From Minisyncoccia bacterium (GTDB lineage Bacteria; Patescibacteriota; Minisyncoccia; Phycocordibacterales; UBA9973), in the NCBI GenBank assembly GCA_965656375.1, contig CBFHKH010000001.1, positions 281,319-345,318 on the forward strand: a DNA stretch of 64,000 nucleotides, given 5' to 3'. The notes under the pieces were generated by a model. That model was given only the letters and a program-made list of their open reading frames with translations, was not told where the DNA came from and did not search any database. This document shows positions 1 to 9,282 of this stretch, piece by piece; the stretch's first letter is position 1, and each line of letters begins with the position of its first letter. The position numbers and the translations under genes are program-made.

Positions 1-21
1 CACTTCGAAATAGATCATAAT

Positions 22-50
22 AAAAACCTCTCATACATGAGAGGTTTTTA
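22..50. terminator. GC-core hairpin (aaaacctctcat/atgagaggtttt) with flanking T-runs, overlapping the rplU stop; looks bidirectional
   Basis: perfect 12-bp inverted repeat at 23-48 followed by T-tracts on both strands. Confidence 0.55.
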
Positions 51-413
51 TTTAATGGCTGAGATTTTAACTTCTATGAAAGGCTGGCGATGTCCGTTCT
101 TTTTGAGGTAGCGGCTCTTCTGCTTGTATTTTACTACTTTGACTGTCTTACCTTGGCCATACTTCTGGAAGAGTGATTCTACGCTCGCATTTGCGATATA
201 GGGAGATCCGATTGTTGTATCAACACCGTTGTCTACAAGGAGAACCTTGTCGAATACGATCTTGTCTCCGAGCTTGAATTCGCCCTTCATTTTCTCAACT
301 TTTAGCATATCGCCAACAGCAACTTTGTACTGCTTTCCACCTGTAAAAATAACAGCGAATTCCGTACTGTCTGATTTTGCCTTTTTTGTTGTTTTCTTTG
401 TAGCTGTTGCCAT
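48..413 (-). CDS. rplU: 50S ribosomal protein L21 with a Lys/Thr-rich N-terminal extension
   Basis: FAVIFTGGKQYKV...GDKIVFDKVLLV core typical of L21. Confidence 0.85.
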   Translation of the reverse strand: MATATKKTTKKAKSDSTEFAVIFTGGKQYKVAVGDMLKVEKMKGEFKLGDKIVFDKVLLVDNGVDTTIGSPYIANASVESLFQKYGQGKTVKVVKYKQKSRYLKKNGHRQPFIEVKISAIK

Positions 414-511
414 AAATCCTTATTTTGTAGACCTCATGAAAAGAGGATTACCACAGGCCCTATAATACACAAAACCTTTGAAAAACGCAAGCTAGAAGCT
501 ATACTATAGCC

Positions 512-1867
512 ATGTCACTTACTATCTACAATTCTCTTACCCGTCAAAAGGAGCAATTTTTACCTATCAATAAATCCTTGGTTTCTCTCTATACATGTGG
601 GCCTACCGTTTACAACTATCCGCATATTGGCAACTATAGAGCCTATATTTCAGCTGATATTTTAAAACGTTACCTCTCTTACAGTGATTATGATGTTAAA
701 TATGTCATGAATATTACTGATGTTGATGATAAAACAATACGAGATAGTACAGCACAAGGAAAAACGTTAAAGGAATTCACAGAGTTTTATGCTACTGAGT
801 TTTTTAAGGATCGCGATGATCTTAATATTGTTGCTCCTGATATCTACACAAAGGCAACCGATTATATCGCTGAAATGGTAGCACTTATCGAAAAGCTTTT
901 AGAAAAAGAGTATGCATACAAAGGTGATGATGGGTCAATTTATTTTAATATCAAAAAAGATACAGAGTATGGAAAACTTTCTCACTTTAAAATTTCCGAT
1001 TTGAAAGAAAACGCAGAAGGTCGAATGAAAAAAGACGAATATGATAAAGAAAACACTCAAGATTTTGCTCTCTGGAAAGCATGGGATTCAAATGACGGCG
1101 ATGTATACTGGGAAACTTCACTTGGCAAAGGTCGTCCAGGCTGGCATATCGAGTGTTCTGCGATGAGTATGGCGATACTTGGGGAAAGTATTGATATCCA
1201 TGTTGGTGGAGTTGATTTGATATTCCCACACCATGAAAATGAGATCGCTCAATCTGAATGTGCAACTTGTAAACCCTTTGTAAAATACTGGATGCATAAT
1301 GAGCATCTGATGGTTGAGGGTAAAAAAATGGCAAAATCACTCGGAAATTTCTATACGTTGCGTGATCTTTACGAAAAAGGTATGAATCCCCTCGCTTTTC
1401 GGTACTGGCTCTATACAGGCCACTACAGAACAAAAGTAAATTTTACATTTGAGGCAGTAGAGGGTGCGAGCGTAGCACTCAAGAAATTGTATGCTTTCTA
1501 TCATGATTTAGGCGCTGAAACCGGAGAGGTGAATCAACAGTATATCTATGAATTTAAAAAATGCATGGATGATGATTTGAATACCCCGCAAGCCCTTGCG
1601 CTTTTATGGGAACTTGTAAAAGATCCTCATGTATCGGATAAAGATAAGAAAGCAACAATGCTTAATCTTGATGCAGTTTTCGGGTTTGGATTAGACGCGT
1701 ACAAGGAAGAAGATATTCCGGATGCCGTCGCTTGCCTTGCAGAAGAACGAGAAAAGGCACGACTCAATAAAGACTGGGCTACGAGCGACCTGCTCCGTGA
1801 CAAGATTTCTGATCTTGGGTATGAAGTCAAAGATACTGATCACAGATCAAAAATCTCAAAAATATAA
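512..1867 (+). CDS. cysS: cysteinyl-tRNA synthetase
   Basis: class I HIGN motif (PHIGNYRAY), KMAKS (KMSKS-type) motif, Cys-binding CSAM/HHENE region. Confidence 0.9.
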   Translation: MSLTIYNSLTRQKEQFLPINKSLVSLYTCGPTVYNYPHIGNYRAYISADILKRYLSYSDYDVKYVMNITDVDDKTIRDSTAQGKTLKEFTEFYATEFFKDRDDLNIVAPDIYTKATDYIAEMVALIEKLLEKEYAYKGDDGSIYFNIKKDTEYGKLSHFKISDLKENAEGRMKKDEYDKENTQDFALWKAWDSNDGDVYWETSLGKGRPGWHIECSAMSMAILGESIDIHVGGVDLIFPHHENEIAQSECATCKPFVKYWMHNEHLMVEGKKMAKSLGNFYTLRDLYEKGMNPLAFRYWLYTGHYRTKVNFTFEAVEGASVALKKLYAFYHDLGAETGEVNQQYIYEFKKCMDDDLNTPQALALLWELVKDPHVSDKDKKATMLNLDAVFGFGLDAYKEEDIPDAVACLAEEREKARLNKDWATSDLLRDKISDLGYEVKDTDHRSKISKI

Positions 1868-1919
1868 TACGAATGTAACTGTTGGTAATTTTTCATATGC
1901 AAAAATTACCAACAGTATG

Positions 1920-3623
1920 TTATGTAATGGCGTCTAGTTGAAAGCTAAATGTCGATCCTTTGTTTGGACCTGCTGATGTAACAAAAACAGTACCTTTGTG
2001 TGCCTCGATGATCTCTTTTGCTAAGTAAAGCCCCAAACCTGACCCTCCCGTATTCATACGTGCACCATCTCCACGCGAAAATTTTTGAAAGAGCGTAGTT
2101 CGTATAGCATCAGTCATACCCATGCCTGTATCTGTAACGGCGAGTGTCACCTTTTTGTTAATGTTTTTTACAGACACATCGATGTGCCCTTCATTTGTGT
2201 ACTTGATAGAGTTATCTATAAGGTTGAGTACTACTTGGCGAATCTTTTCTTTATCACCATTTACCATGCACTCTGTATCAGGATCTGATTCAAAATTAAG
2301 TGCAAGATTCTTCTTTACGGCTACGATTGAAAGATCCGTAACCATATCTCGAGATACTTCACTCAAAGAAAATGGCGCCATTTCATACTTCATTCCTCCT
2401 TGTTCAATTTTTGACACATTCAATAGGTCTTCAACTATCTTAGTAAGGTTCATGGTCGATTGGAATACTCTCTCAGTAGCATCGCGAGCTTTTGGATTGA
2501 TATCCCCAAAATCTCCTTCAAGTATCATAGAAGTATACCCCTTGATAGCGGTGAGCGGACTTCGCAATTGGTGAGAAGCGAGAGACAAAAATTCTGTTTT
2601 GAGTTCATCAAGCCCTTTTAGTTTCTCATTCGCGTCAAAAAGCTGTTCTGAAAGTATTTGGAGCTGTTCACGCTGGGCAACCTCACGCTTTACAGATTTG
2701 ATCAAGAAATCCCCGAATATTACTACAAGGAGAAGTGTTACTCCGGTCAAAATATAACTCGTTGTAGTCTTTATAAAGATAAATTCGCATGCAGTGAGGA
2801 CCGCAAGAGCAACGACAAGAGCTTGGGTACCGATAAGTTTTATATTGAATGTCTGAAAGCGTACAATAGTATATACCAAAAATCCAATAAAAATAGGCAG
2901 TGCAAAGAATCCAATCAAGCTTATCTGCCAATTATCAGTGATGCTACTTGCCAAGTTCCCCCATGAGAATGCAAAAAGAAATAAGAATACGCCTAGGGTA
3001 ATATACGATATTTGTTTCCGAAACAATGCATCAGAAGACGTGCGGTGTTTCTTCAAATACAGTATGAGAAGCGAAACCACAAACAACCCTTCTATAATAT
3101 AGTCATAGTAACCCAAAAATCCTTCTACACTCAAACACGTAGACAGGTCAAATCCGGAAAGATTGAAATGTGTGGGAGTAAAGATAATTACTGGTAAATA
3201 TATAAGTCCGATCAGAAGCTTGAGCGTAAAAGACAAGTCTTTTTTCTCAAGAAATTGATAGATAAAATAGAACGCACAGATGTACACAAGTGGCTCTACC
3301 AGGATGTCGATTGCCCAAACGAACATTATGATATCGCTTCTGTTACTTGCCCAAAAGACAAGAGAGAAAAATATCCAGATAGCAGAGAAAAACAATACCC
3401 ATGCAAGAAGGTTGCTTGATAATTTACCTCGACCATTTTTCAAAATGAAAAATATAAAGATGAGTGAAGTAATGATCGCTGGAATATGAGCATAATACAC
3501 AAGCGAGGAGACATTTTTAGAAAAGATGAGAAATGTCGGAAATACGTCGCTACAGAGTGCTGGTAAATTCATAATAGGTATATTATAATACAGCCGGGTC
3601 AAAACGTCTAATATTAGTAACAA
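1920..3623 (-). CDS. membrane sensor histidine kinase (about 7 TM N-terminal sensor, HisKA + HATPase_c)
   Basis: H-box LSLASHQLRSPLTAIKGY; N/G1/G2 boxes (LIDNSIKYT, DTGMGM, GGSGLGL); long polytopic N-terminus. Confidence 0.85.
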   Translation of the reverse strand: MLLILDVLTRLYYNIPIMNLPALCSDVFPTFLIFSKNVSSLVYYAHIPAIITSLIFIFFILKNGRGKLSSNLLAWVLFFSAIWIFFSLVFWASNRSDIIMFVWAIDILVEPLVYICAFYFIYQFLEKKDLSFTLKLLIGLIYLPVIIFTPTHFNLSGFDLSTCLSVEGFLGYYDYIIEGLFVVSLLILYLKKHRTSSDALFRKQISYITLGVFLFLFAFSWGNLASSITDNWQISLIGFFALPIFIGFLVYTIVRFQTFNIKLIGTQALVVALAVLTACEFIFIKTTTSYILTGVTLLLVVIFGDFLIKSVKREVAQREQLQILSEQLFDANEKLKGLDELKTEFLSLASHQLRSPLTAIKGYTSMILEGDFGDINPKARDATERVFQSTMNLTKIVEDLLNVSKIEQGGMKYEMAPFSLSEVSRDMVTDLSIVAVKKNLALNFESDPDTECMVNGDKEKIRQVVLNLIDNSIKYTNEGHIDVSVKNINKKVTLAVTDTGMGMTDAIRTTLFQKFSRGDGARMNTGGSGLGLYLAKEIIEAHKGTVFVTSAGPNKGSTFSFQLDAIT

Positions 3624-3630
3624 AATTCTT

Positions 3631-4023
3631 ATGCTTTTAGTAAAAACAAAAATCGGTCCAAGTGAAATTCATGGAACAGGGCTCTTTGCAGATCAATTCA
3701 TACCCAAAGGAACAGTAACATGGGAGTGGAACGAAACATTCGATGTTGCGTTTGATGAAGAAGCAGTCAATTCCCTTCCTCCGCTTCAGAAAGCATACAT
3801 ACTCTATTATGCATACTTGGATAAAGAGCTTGGTAAGCTTATCCTTTGTGGTGATAGCCAGCGCTATATAAATCATTCTCGGGAGACAAATATCGATTCC
3901 TCACCTCGCAAAGATGTTGCAAGTAGAGATATACAACCTGGTGAAGAATTCCTTTGTAATTACAATCTTTTTGATAACACGTACTTTAGTCGAATCGGCC
4001 TCGACGAAAGCACACTTAAATAG
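3631..4023 (+). CDS. small SET-domain protein (putative protein lysine methyltransferase)
   Basis: GTGLFA..., INHSRETN (NHS motif) and ELxxNY elements of the SET fold; 130 aa. Confidence 0.6.
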   Translation: MLLVKTKIGPSEIHGTGLFADQFIPKGTVTWEWNETFDVAFDEEAVNSLPPLQKAYILYYAYLDKELGKLILCGDSQRYINHSRETNIDSSPRKDVASRDIQPGEEFLCNYNLFDNTYFSRIGLDESTLK

Positions 4024-4621
4024 CGTTTTTTATTTTTTGATAGATTCTTTTTCTCCACAAGAGAATCGTCAATGATCCATTAATTAGGAGAAGGTATAGA
4101 GCATAGATCCAATCTTTTTCTTCAAGAGTAAACCAACTACTGATAGCAACGACATTTAAAATACTTGAAATAGTTTCAAGGAGCCATGCATTGGGATCTT
4201 CTTCTTCAGGCCTCAAATAGGATTTCTGTATTGTTGGTACGAGTCCAATAAAATCAACAACAATGCTACCGATAAAGCCAATAAGCGGAGAATTGAAAAT
4301 AAGCCACAAGAGACAGGATCCTATTGCGCCACACAAACAAATTTTATCTAAAAGAGAAAACCTATCACCAGACCCATATTTCAGTGAAAGTAATGCTAGG
4401 ATAAATGGTCCGATCACATATGCTGCTTGAATCCAGATATTCTCATACAGATCAAGAGACAGTGAGCTTGAGAGTATTATTGCTCCTACAAGCGTAAGTA
4501 TCCACCATGTGGATCTGCTAGGCTTTGTTGAGCCTTTAAATATAGAAATGATGTATACGATGTATGCTGAAAATGAAAGAATTCCTGCAATCATTCCCAA
4601 ATTATCGATCAAGAAATCCAT
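4016..4621 (-). CDS. hypothetical polytopic membrane protein (about 6 TM)
   Basis: hydrophobic segments throughout; no recognisable motif. Confidence 0.5.
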   Translation of the reverse strand: MDFLIDNLGMIAGILSFSAYIVYIISIFKGSTKPSRSTWWILTLVGAIILSSSLSLDLYENIWIQAAYVIGPFILALLSLKYGSGDRFSLLDKICLCGAIGSCLLWLIFNSPLIGFIGSIVVDFIGLVPTIQKSYLRPEEEDPNAWLLETISSILNVVAISSWFTLEEKDWIYALYLLLINGSLTILLWRKRIYQKIKNAI

Positions 4622-4623
4622 AC

Positions 4624-4764
4624 TTATTGGACTCCTGCTTCATTGGCTGAAGAATTAATTACGGGGAAGTCTTTTATGGTGATATAGCGATGATATGTTA
4701 CAAATGCAGAAGCAAGTATTGCAATCAAGAATATTCCGATCAATACTTTAGATTTTTTATCCAT
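4624..4764 (-). CDS. possible 46-aa single-TM small membrane protein (MDKKSKVLIGIFLIAILASAFVTYHRY...)
   Basis: short ORF not in the supplied track (<60 aa); fills the gap between neighbouring genes; one TM helix. Confidence 0.3.
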   Translation of the reverse strand: MDKKSKVLIGIFLIAILASAFVTYHRYITIKDFPVINSSANEAGVQ

Positions 4765-4829
4765 ATGATCAAGTATACTATGCTTTTATATGATTGCAAA
4801 AGAGTAGTATTTTCTGTAGTATACGAATT

Positions 4830-5720
4830 ATGGCAACATCAATTTTAAATGAAACGAAAGTAGAAAATGCAGATGTAGTGATTGTAAGTGCAGCATATGA
4901 AAAAACTGCAAGCTCAAGAAAAGGTACTGTGCATGGTCCAAAGGCGATACTAAACTGTCTTAATACGAAACTTGAATTTTTCGATCGGACATACAAAAAA
5001 GAAGTGAATGCATTTGTAAAGATAGGGCAAAAAGATCTCGGAAAAATCAGTAGCCTAACTCCTGAGCGGGCACTCAAAAAGATAGCTGATGAATGCGAGA
5101 AATTGGTAGCGCAAGGTAAATTCGTCTTTCTCTTGGGCGGTGAGCATTCAGTGTCTCTCGGACTTTTTCAAGCACTTTCCAAGCATATTGATCCGAAGGA
5201 TACGACAATAGTGCAGATAGATGCCCACTGCGACCTTCGTGATACTGACGCTGACTATAGCGATCATCCATCGAGATATGCTCACTCATGCGTACTCCAC
5301 CGTGGAAACGAACTCGGCTACAAGCTTATCCAAGTCGGTATTCGAACCTATTCCATCGATGAGTATAATTATTTTTCTGACCCAAAGAACAATATCACTG
5401 TATATGAATGGGGCAATGGCAATAAAATCCCAAGCATTGATGAGATATTGAACGGTATTACTACAAAGAATGTATACCTCACTATCGATGTTGATGGTTT
5501 TGACCCTGCCTATATGCCAGGAACCGGTACGCCTGTCCAAGGCGGACTCGAATGGTGGTACGGTATGGAACTTGTGCAAAGACTCTCGAAAGAAAAAAAT
5601 CTCATCGGTGCTGATATCGTTGAGGTCTCCCCTATGCGCGATTCAGTTTTAACTGAATACGGCGCAGCACAGCTTGCATATACTATTATTGCAAATAAAT
5701 TCAGCAATAGACTAAAATAA
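4830..5720 (+). CDS. speB: agmatinase / ureohydrolase (arginase family)
   Basis: GGEHSVSLG, VQIDAHCDLRDT, DVDGFDPAYMPGTGTP Mn-binding motifs of the arginase/agmatinase family; start placed at MATSILNE rather than the upstream in-frame ATG. Confidence 0.8.
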   Translation: MATSILNETKVENADVVIVSAAYEKTASSRKGTVHGPKAILNCLNTKLEFFDRTYKKEVNAFVKIGQKDLGKISSLTPERALKKIADECEKLVAQGKFVFLLGGEHSVSLGLFQALSKHIDPKDTTIVQIDAHCDLRDTDADYSDHPSRYAHSCVLHRGNELGYKLIQVGIRTYSIDEYNYFSDPKNNITVYEWGNGNKIPSIDEILNGITTKNVYLTIDVDGFDPAYMPGTGTPVQGGLEWWYGMELVQRLSKEKNLIGADIVEVSPMRDSVLTEYGAAQLAYTIIANKFSNRLK

Positions 5721-5764
5721 AAAGGCTTGTTATAAGAACAGGCCTTTTGAACTATAAATTTATA

Positions 5765-6475
5765 CTATGTTTCTATTTTCCTTGCTTTATTCATGCCTAC
5801 TCCTATCAAATAGCAGAATATCGAAGCAATTGCACCGGAAATAATTATTGATTGCATCTCACTGATACTAAAAAACCATCTTCCAGTAGTATGTGTCATA
5901 CTGCAAATACAAATGATCAAAACCGTGCTAATTATATTCCTAATAATATAAGGAACTTTCTCTATTAAGCCATACATTACTGCATTAAGGAGTGCCATTA
6001 GCAATAGGAGTTTGAGAATATCAAAGTAGAGTTTAGGACCCCATGCTTTGGCAAATGAGGAATCATCTTTATCTTCTATGTATACACGATCAAGTTTATA
6101 AACTTTGAATTCCATCTCTTTCCAATCAATGTGATATCCAGTTTCTAAATATGTACTTCTTTTGTATGGCCCAACAAGCAGATATGCTTTATTTTTTAGT
6201 AGTTCCACTTTAACGGCCTTTGAACTAATTACAAATGAGTCCTCGCCTCTGAATAACACCTGCTTGTAGTAATAAGGGTCGCTCAATCGGTCGGGTACAG
6301 ACATTACTTTTACAAACACAAGTGTATCCTTTCCTACAGCTTTATAAACCAAAATTGATTTTTGGTTAGAGCCTGGTGAAAGATAAAAGCCATTTTTTGC
6401 CTTAGCAAGCGGGGTTTGGGTATATCCTAAACTCAATATAAAGAGGAAGGATATGGTGGTCATAAATTTTTTCAT
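5765..6475 (-). CDS. hypothetical secreted/membrane protein (signal peptide, extracytoplasmic domain, C-terminal TM helices)
   Basis: N-terminal MKKFMTTISFLFILSLGY signal; hydrophobic C-terminus. Confidence 0.5.
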   Translation of the reverse strand: MKKFMTTISFLFILSLGYTQTPLAKAKNGFYLSPGSNQKSILVYKAVGKDTLVFVKVMSVPDRLSDPYYYKQVLFRGEDSFVISSKAVKVELLKNKAYLLVGPYKRSTYLETGYHIDWKEMEFKVYKLDRVYIEDKDDSSFAKAWGPKLYFDILKLLLLMALLNAVMYGLIEKVPYIIRNIISTVLIICICSMTHTTGRWFFSISEMQSIIISGAIASIFCYLIGVGMNKARKIET

Positions 6476-6540
6476 GATTTAGTTTTAAATTGGTTAAAAA
6501 TTTTGCATATTTGCTCTAAAAGCCCATGCAGCCCTTAGAG

Positions 6541-6577
6541 CAAATAACAAAATACAACCAAAGCAATTTGGTTGTAT
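6541..6577 (-). terminator. intrinsic terminator downstream of the DHS-like gene
   Basis: stem atacaacca/tggttgtat followed by T-run on the minus strand. Confidence 0.5.
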
Positions 6578-6604
6578 TTTGTCACATATTAATATGTCCG
6601 TCAA

Positions 6605-7624
6605 CTAGGAGATATATTTTGCAATCAACTCATTTGCTTCTTTTGGATTTGCTTTACACTCGAGAAGTGCTGTAAGCATGAGCGGCGCTACGATGGTAGC
6701 ATCTGATTCGATAACGAACATCGGGGTATCCTTTGTGAGTTTATCCCATGTGATCTTTTCATTTGGAGTCGCGCCTGAGTATGAACCATAGGAAGTGGTA
6801 GAGTCAGAAATCTGGCAGAAGTATGCCCATGGCTTTGCTTCCTGTTCCATATCGTACTTAAGCGATGGAACTACGCAGATCGGAAAATCTCCGGCAATAC
6901 CGCCACCTATCTGGAAGAATCCGATCCCCTCTTCTTTTGAAAGCTGTTGATATTGATCATAGAATGCGCCCATGTACTCAATGCCGCTTTTTGCAATAGA
7001 CGCACTCGCATCGCCATGCTTCACATGAGAAGCAAAGATATTTCCAAATGTTGAATCTTCATATCCTGGCACTACCATTGGAATATTATTCTCAGCTGCA
7101 GCAAGGAGCCAGCACTCCTCGGCCTTACCTTCATGTTTTTCCTTATCAAGAGTCTGAATTAAATCATAAAAGTATTCATGCCAGAATTTGCGAGTGCCAT
7201 CCTTGGTAGCTTGTTCCCATACTGGCACAATGTGTTTCTCAACAGCACGGAATGCTTCGTCCTCTGGGATACTTGTATCTGTAACACGACGCATACGATT
7301 CTCGAGGATCTTCGTATCATCTTCCTTTGTAAAATATCTGTAATCAGGGAAATCCTTGTACGAATCATGAGCGACAAGGCGGAAAAGCGATTCTTCTAGA
7401 TTCGCACCGGTAACAGACATACCATGGATAAGTCCTGCACGAATTGCGGGGGCAAGGACAATACCAAGCTGGGCTGATGACATAGCTCCTGCTACTGCCC
7501 AAAACATCTTGCCTCCTTTCTCTGCATGTCGCCAATATGCGATGAGTGCATCGCGTGTTGCGCGAGCATTAAAGTTCTTGTAATTCTTGAGCACAAATTC
7601 TAATGTAGGAAGATTGTTATTCAT
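6605..7624 (-). CDS. deoxyhypusine synthase-like protein (bacterial DHS-like homospermidine synthase type)
   Basis: length and motifs of the DHS family (GMSVTGANLEE, NAD-binding Gly-rich stretches, GGGIAGDFP). Confidence 0.7.
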   Translation of the reverse strand: MNNNLPTLEFVLKNYKNFNARATRDALIAYWRHAEKGGKMFWAVAGAMSSAQLGIVLAPAIRAGLIHGMSVTGANLEESLFRLVAHDSYKDFPDYRYFTKEDDTKILENRMRRVTDTSIPEDEAFRAVEKHIVPVWEQATKDGTRKFWHEYFYDLIQTLDKEKHEGKAEECWLLAAAENNIPMVVPGYEDSTFGNIFASHVKHGDASASIAKSGIEYMGAFYDQYQQLSKEEGIGFFQIGGGIAGDFPICVVPSLKYDMEQEAKPWAYFCQISDSTTSYGSYSGATPNEKITWDKLTKDTPMFVIESDATIVAPLMLTALLECKANPKEANELIAKYIS

Positions 7625-7659
7625 AGTTATAGTATATCACTTATAATATAGGCTTCACA

Positions 7660-7743
7660 AATTATATCCTGAAAAAAGTCCTCGGATCTCCTCGCACTAA
7701 ATTCTTAGAGGAGCGAGGCCAGACTATTTTTCAGGATATAATT
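7660..7743 (+). repeat. palindromic intergenic element, copy A (terminal inverted repeats tatatcctgaaaaa/tttttcaggatata; inner cctcgc/gcgagg)
   Basis: about 90% identical to the reverse complement of 13838-13913. Confidence 0.8.
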
Positions 7744-7753
7744 TATTTCGCTC

Positions 7754-9133
7754 TTACCAGCCAAAATTTTTCCCAACATCATCAGGAGTTTCTCTTTTAC
7801 GAGATACTACGATGTGTCCGTTTTCTGCGATCAATTTGAGTGGCGATGAAAGCATGCAGTGGTGAGCTGCGAGTGGATCTTGATACGCACCGGTGTCATA
7901 CACCACTATATACATTGGTTGGCCACTTGCGCTATCATAATCAGGTAAAGTCACTGTGCCATTGACTCCTGTGTAAATATCGTCAGAATCGCAACTCGAT
8001 CCAGCAAGCCAGACGTCATTGAGATCTGCATCATGTTTGTTGTTCGCAGGAGAAATCGCCCATTTTTGACCGATAGCCCATGTATCGAGAAGATCATTCA
8101 TGAAGCTTCCATCAATCACGTACCATTTCTTTGCTGGACTCTTTTTATTTTTAATTTCCTTTGTATCAATAATCTTGAACACTGTGATCTGGGCTGGTGC
8201 CACAATATAGCGCCCCCATTCACATACAAGATTCGGATGCGGAAGGCCCCGCTTTTCGGACTCCTGTTTAATAAGTTTAAATATTTTTTCCATGAGCTTG
8301 TCTACCGGATAGCTCTTGTTGCGAGTATATGGGATTGGCATTCCACCGCCGATGTCGATTGTATCGAGTGATGGATTCTTTTCTTTAATCTTGAAATAAA
8401 CATCAAGAGCATACTTTACCGGACCAAGGACATCAGAAAGCTTCTCAATTTGAGATCCAATATGGTAATGGAGAATTTTAAGGTTTTTAAATGACCCCAT
8501 GTCGATGATCTCTTTCGCAGAAAATCCAAATCGATCGATCGGCTTATTCCAGTGTGAACTTGCTTTGATTGGCATATCAAGGCGTATACCGACATCATAT
8601 TTTGAATATTGGAGGAACTTCAACTCATTTGGTCCTTCAATAAGTGGAAAAATCTTAACTCCTTTATGCTGAAGATCATCAATAAGTGATATATATTTGT
8701 CAGTCTTTGGACCAGAACAAAGAATCCGGATATTTGGATTGAAAGTCTCCTGCTCAAGCATTTTCTTAACAAGCCAAAGATCATTATATGAGGAAGTTTC
8801 AAGATGCGCACCTTCACCGACGATCGCCATCACCACTTCTTTATTTTGATTTACTTTCATCGGATAGTGGTAAAAGAATTTACCTTGATATCCAACTTTC
8901 TTTGAGAGATCTTTAGCAAGATCAAGAAAATCTTCCAGGCGTTCCTCGATAACAAACGGCATGAGTATTTCAAGCGATGTTCCAAATTTTTCCGCCATGT
9001 AGCGAACGTTATAAATATTGTGACCTTCTTTTATGATAAGGTCACCTTCCTTGTTGAAGTCAAAATATTGAGTGTTGAATTCCTTCGCACCTATCTTCCA
9101 AAGCTTCTTTGAAGCCACAGAACGTTTAGTCAT
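7754..9133 (-). CDS. PLP-dependent fold-III decarboxylase (arginine/ornithine/diaminopimelate decarboxylase family); arginine decarboxylase proposed from context
   Basis: HYHIGSQ, GGGMPIPY, CDSDD motifs characteristic of alanine-racemase-fold decarboxylases; adjacent agmatinase. Confidence 0.65.
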   Translation of the reverse strand: MTKRSVASKKLWKIGAKEFNTQYFDFNKEGDLIIKEGHNIYNVRYMAEKFGTSLEILMPFVIEERLEDFLDLAKDLSKKVGYQGKFFYHYPMKVNQNKEVVMAIVGEGAHLETSSYNDLWLVKKMLEQETFNPNIRILCSGPKTDKYISLIDDLQHKGVKIFPLIEGPNELKFLQYSKYDVGIRLDMPIKASSHWNKPIDRFGFSAKEIIDMGSFKNLKILHYHIGSQIEKLSDVLGPVKYALDVYFKIKEKNPSLDTIDIGGGMPIPYTRNKSYPVDKLMEKIFKLIKQESEKRGLPHPNLVCEWGRYIVAPAQITVFKIIDTKEIKNKKSPAKKWYVIDGSFMNDLLDTWAIGQKWAISPANNKHDADLNDVWLAGSSCDSDDIYTGVNGTVTLPDYDSASGQPMYIVVYDTGAYQDPLAAHHCMLSSPLKLIAENGHIVVSRKRETPDDVGKNFGW

Positions 9134-9235
9134 CTCTTTTTACCAAGCAACTCTCGTGCCTGTAATAAAATAATAATAAAGTCATAATAGCAAACTGAGA
9201 GGATATGTAAATAGAGAATCCATGTATTGCAAATC

Positions 9236-9272
9236 TATACTAAAAATGGCCTGCGTATTACCGCAAGCCATT
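9236..9272 (-). terminator. intrinsic terminator downstream of the 428-aa ORF
   Basis: aatggcctgcg/cgcaagccatt hairpin followed by T-run on the minus strand. Confidence 0.5.
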
Positions 9273-9282
9273 CTAATAAAAC

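Noticed and set aside
987-1433. Antisense and embedded ORFs from the six-frame track (for example 987-1433 in cysS, 2122-2574 in the kinase, 12743-13333 in dnaK, 54055-54555 in gyrA, 57949-58497 in rpsA, 31481-31735 in typA)
   Set aside because: Each is fully contained on the opposite strand or an alternate frame of a gene with strong motif-level support. They are shadow ORFs with low-complexity translations typical of AT-rich genomes.
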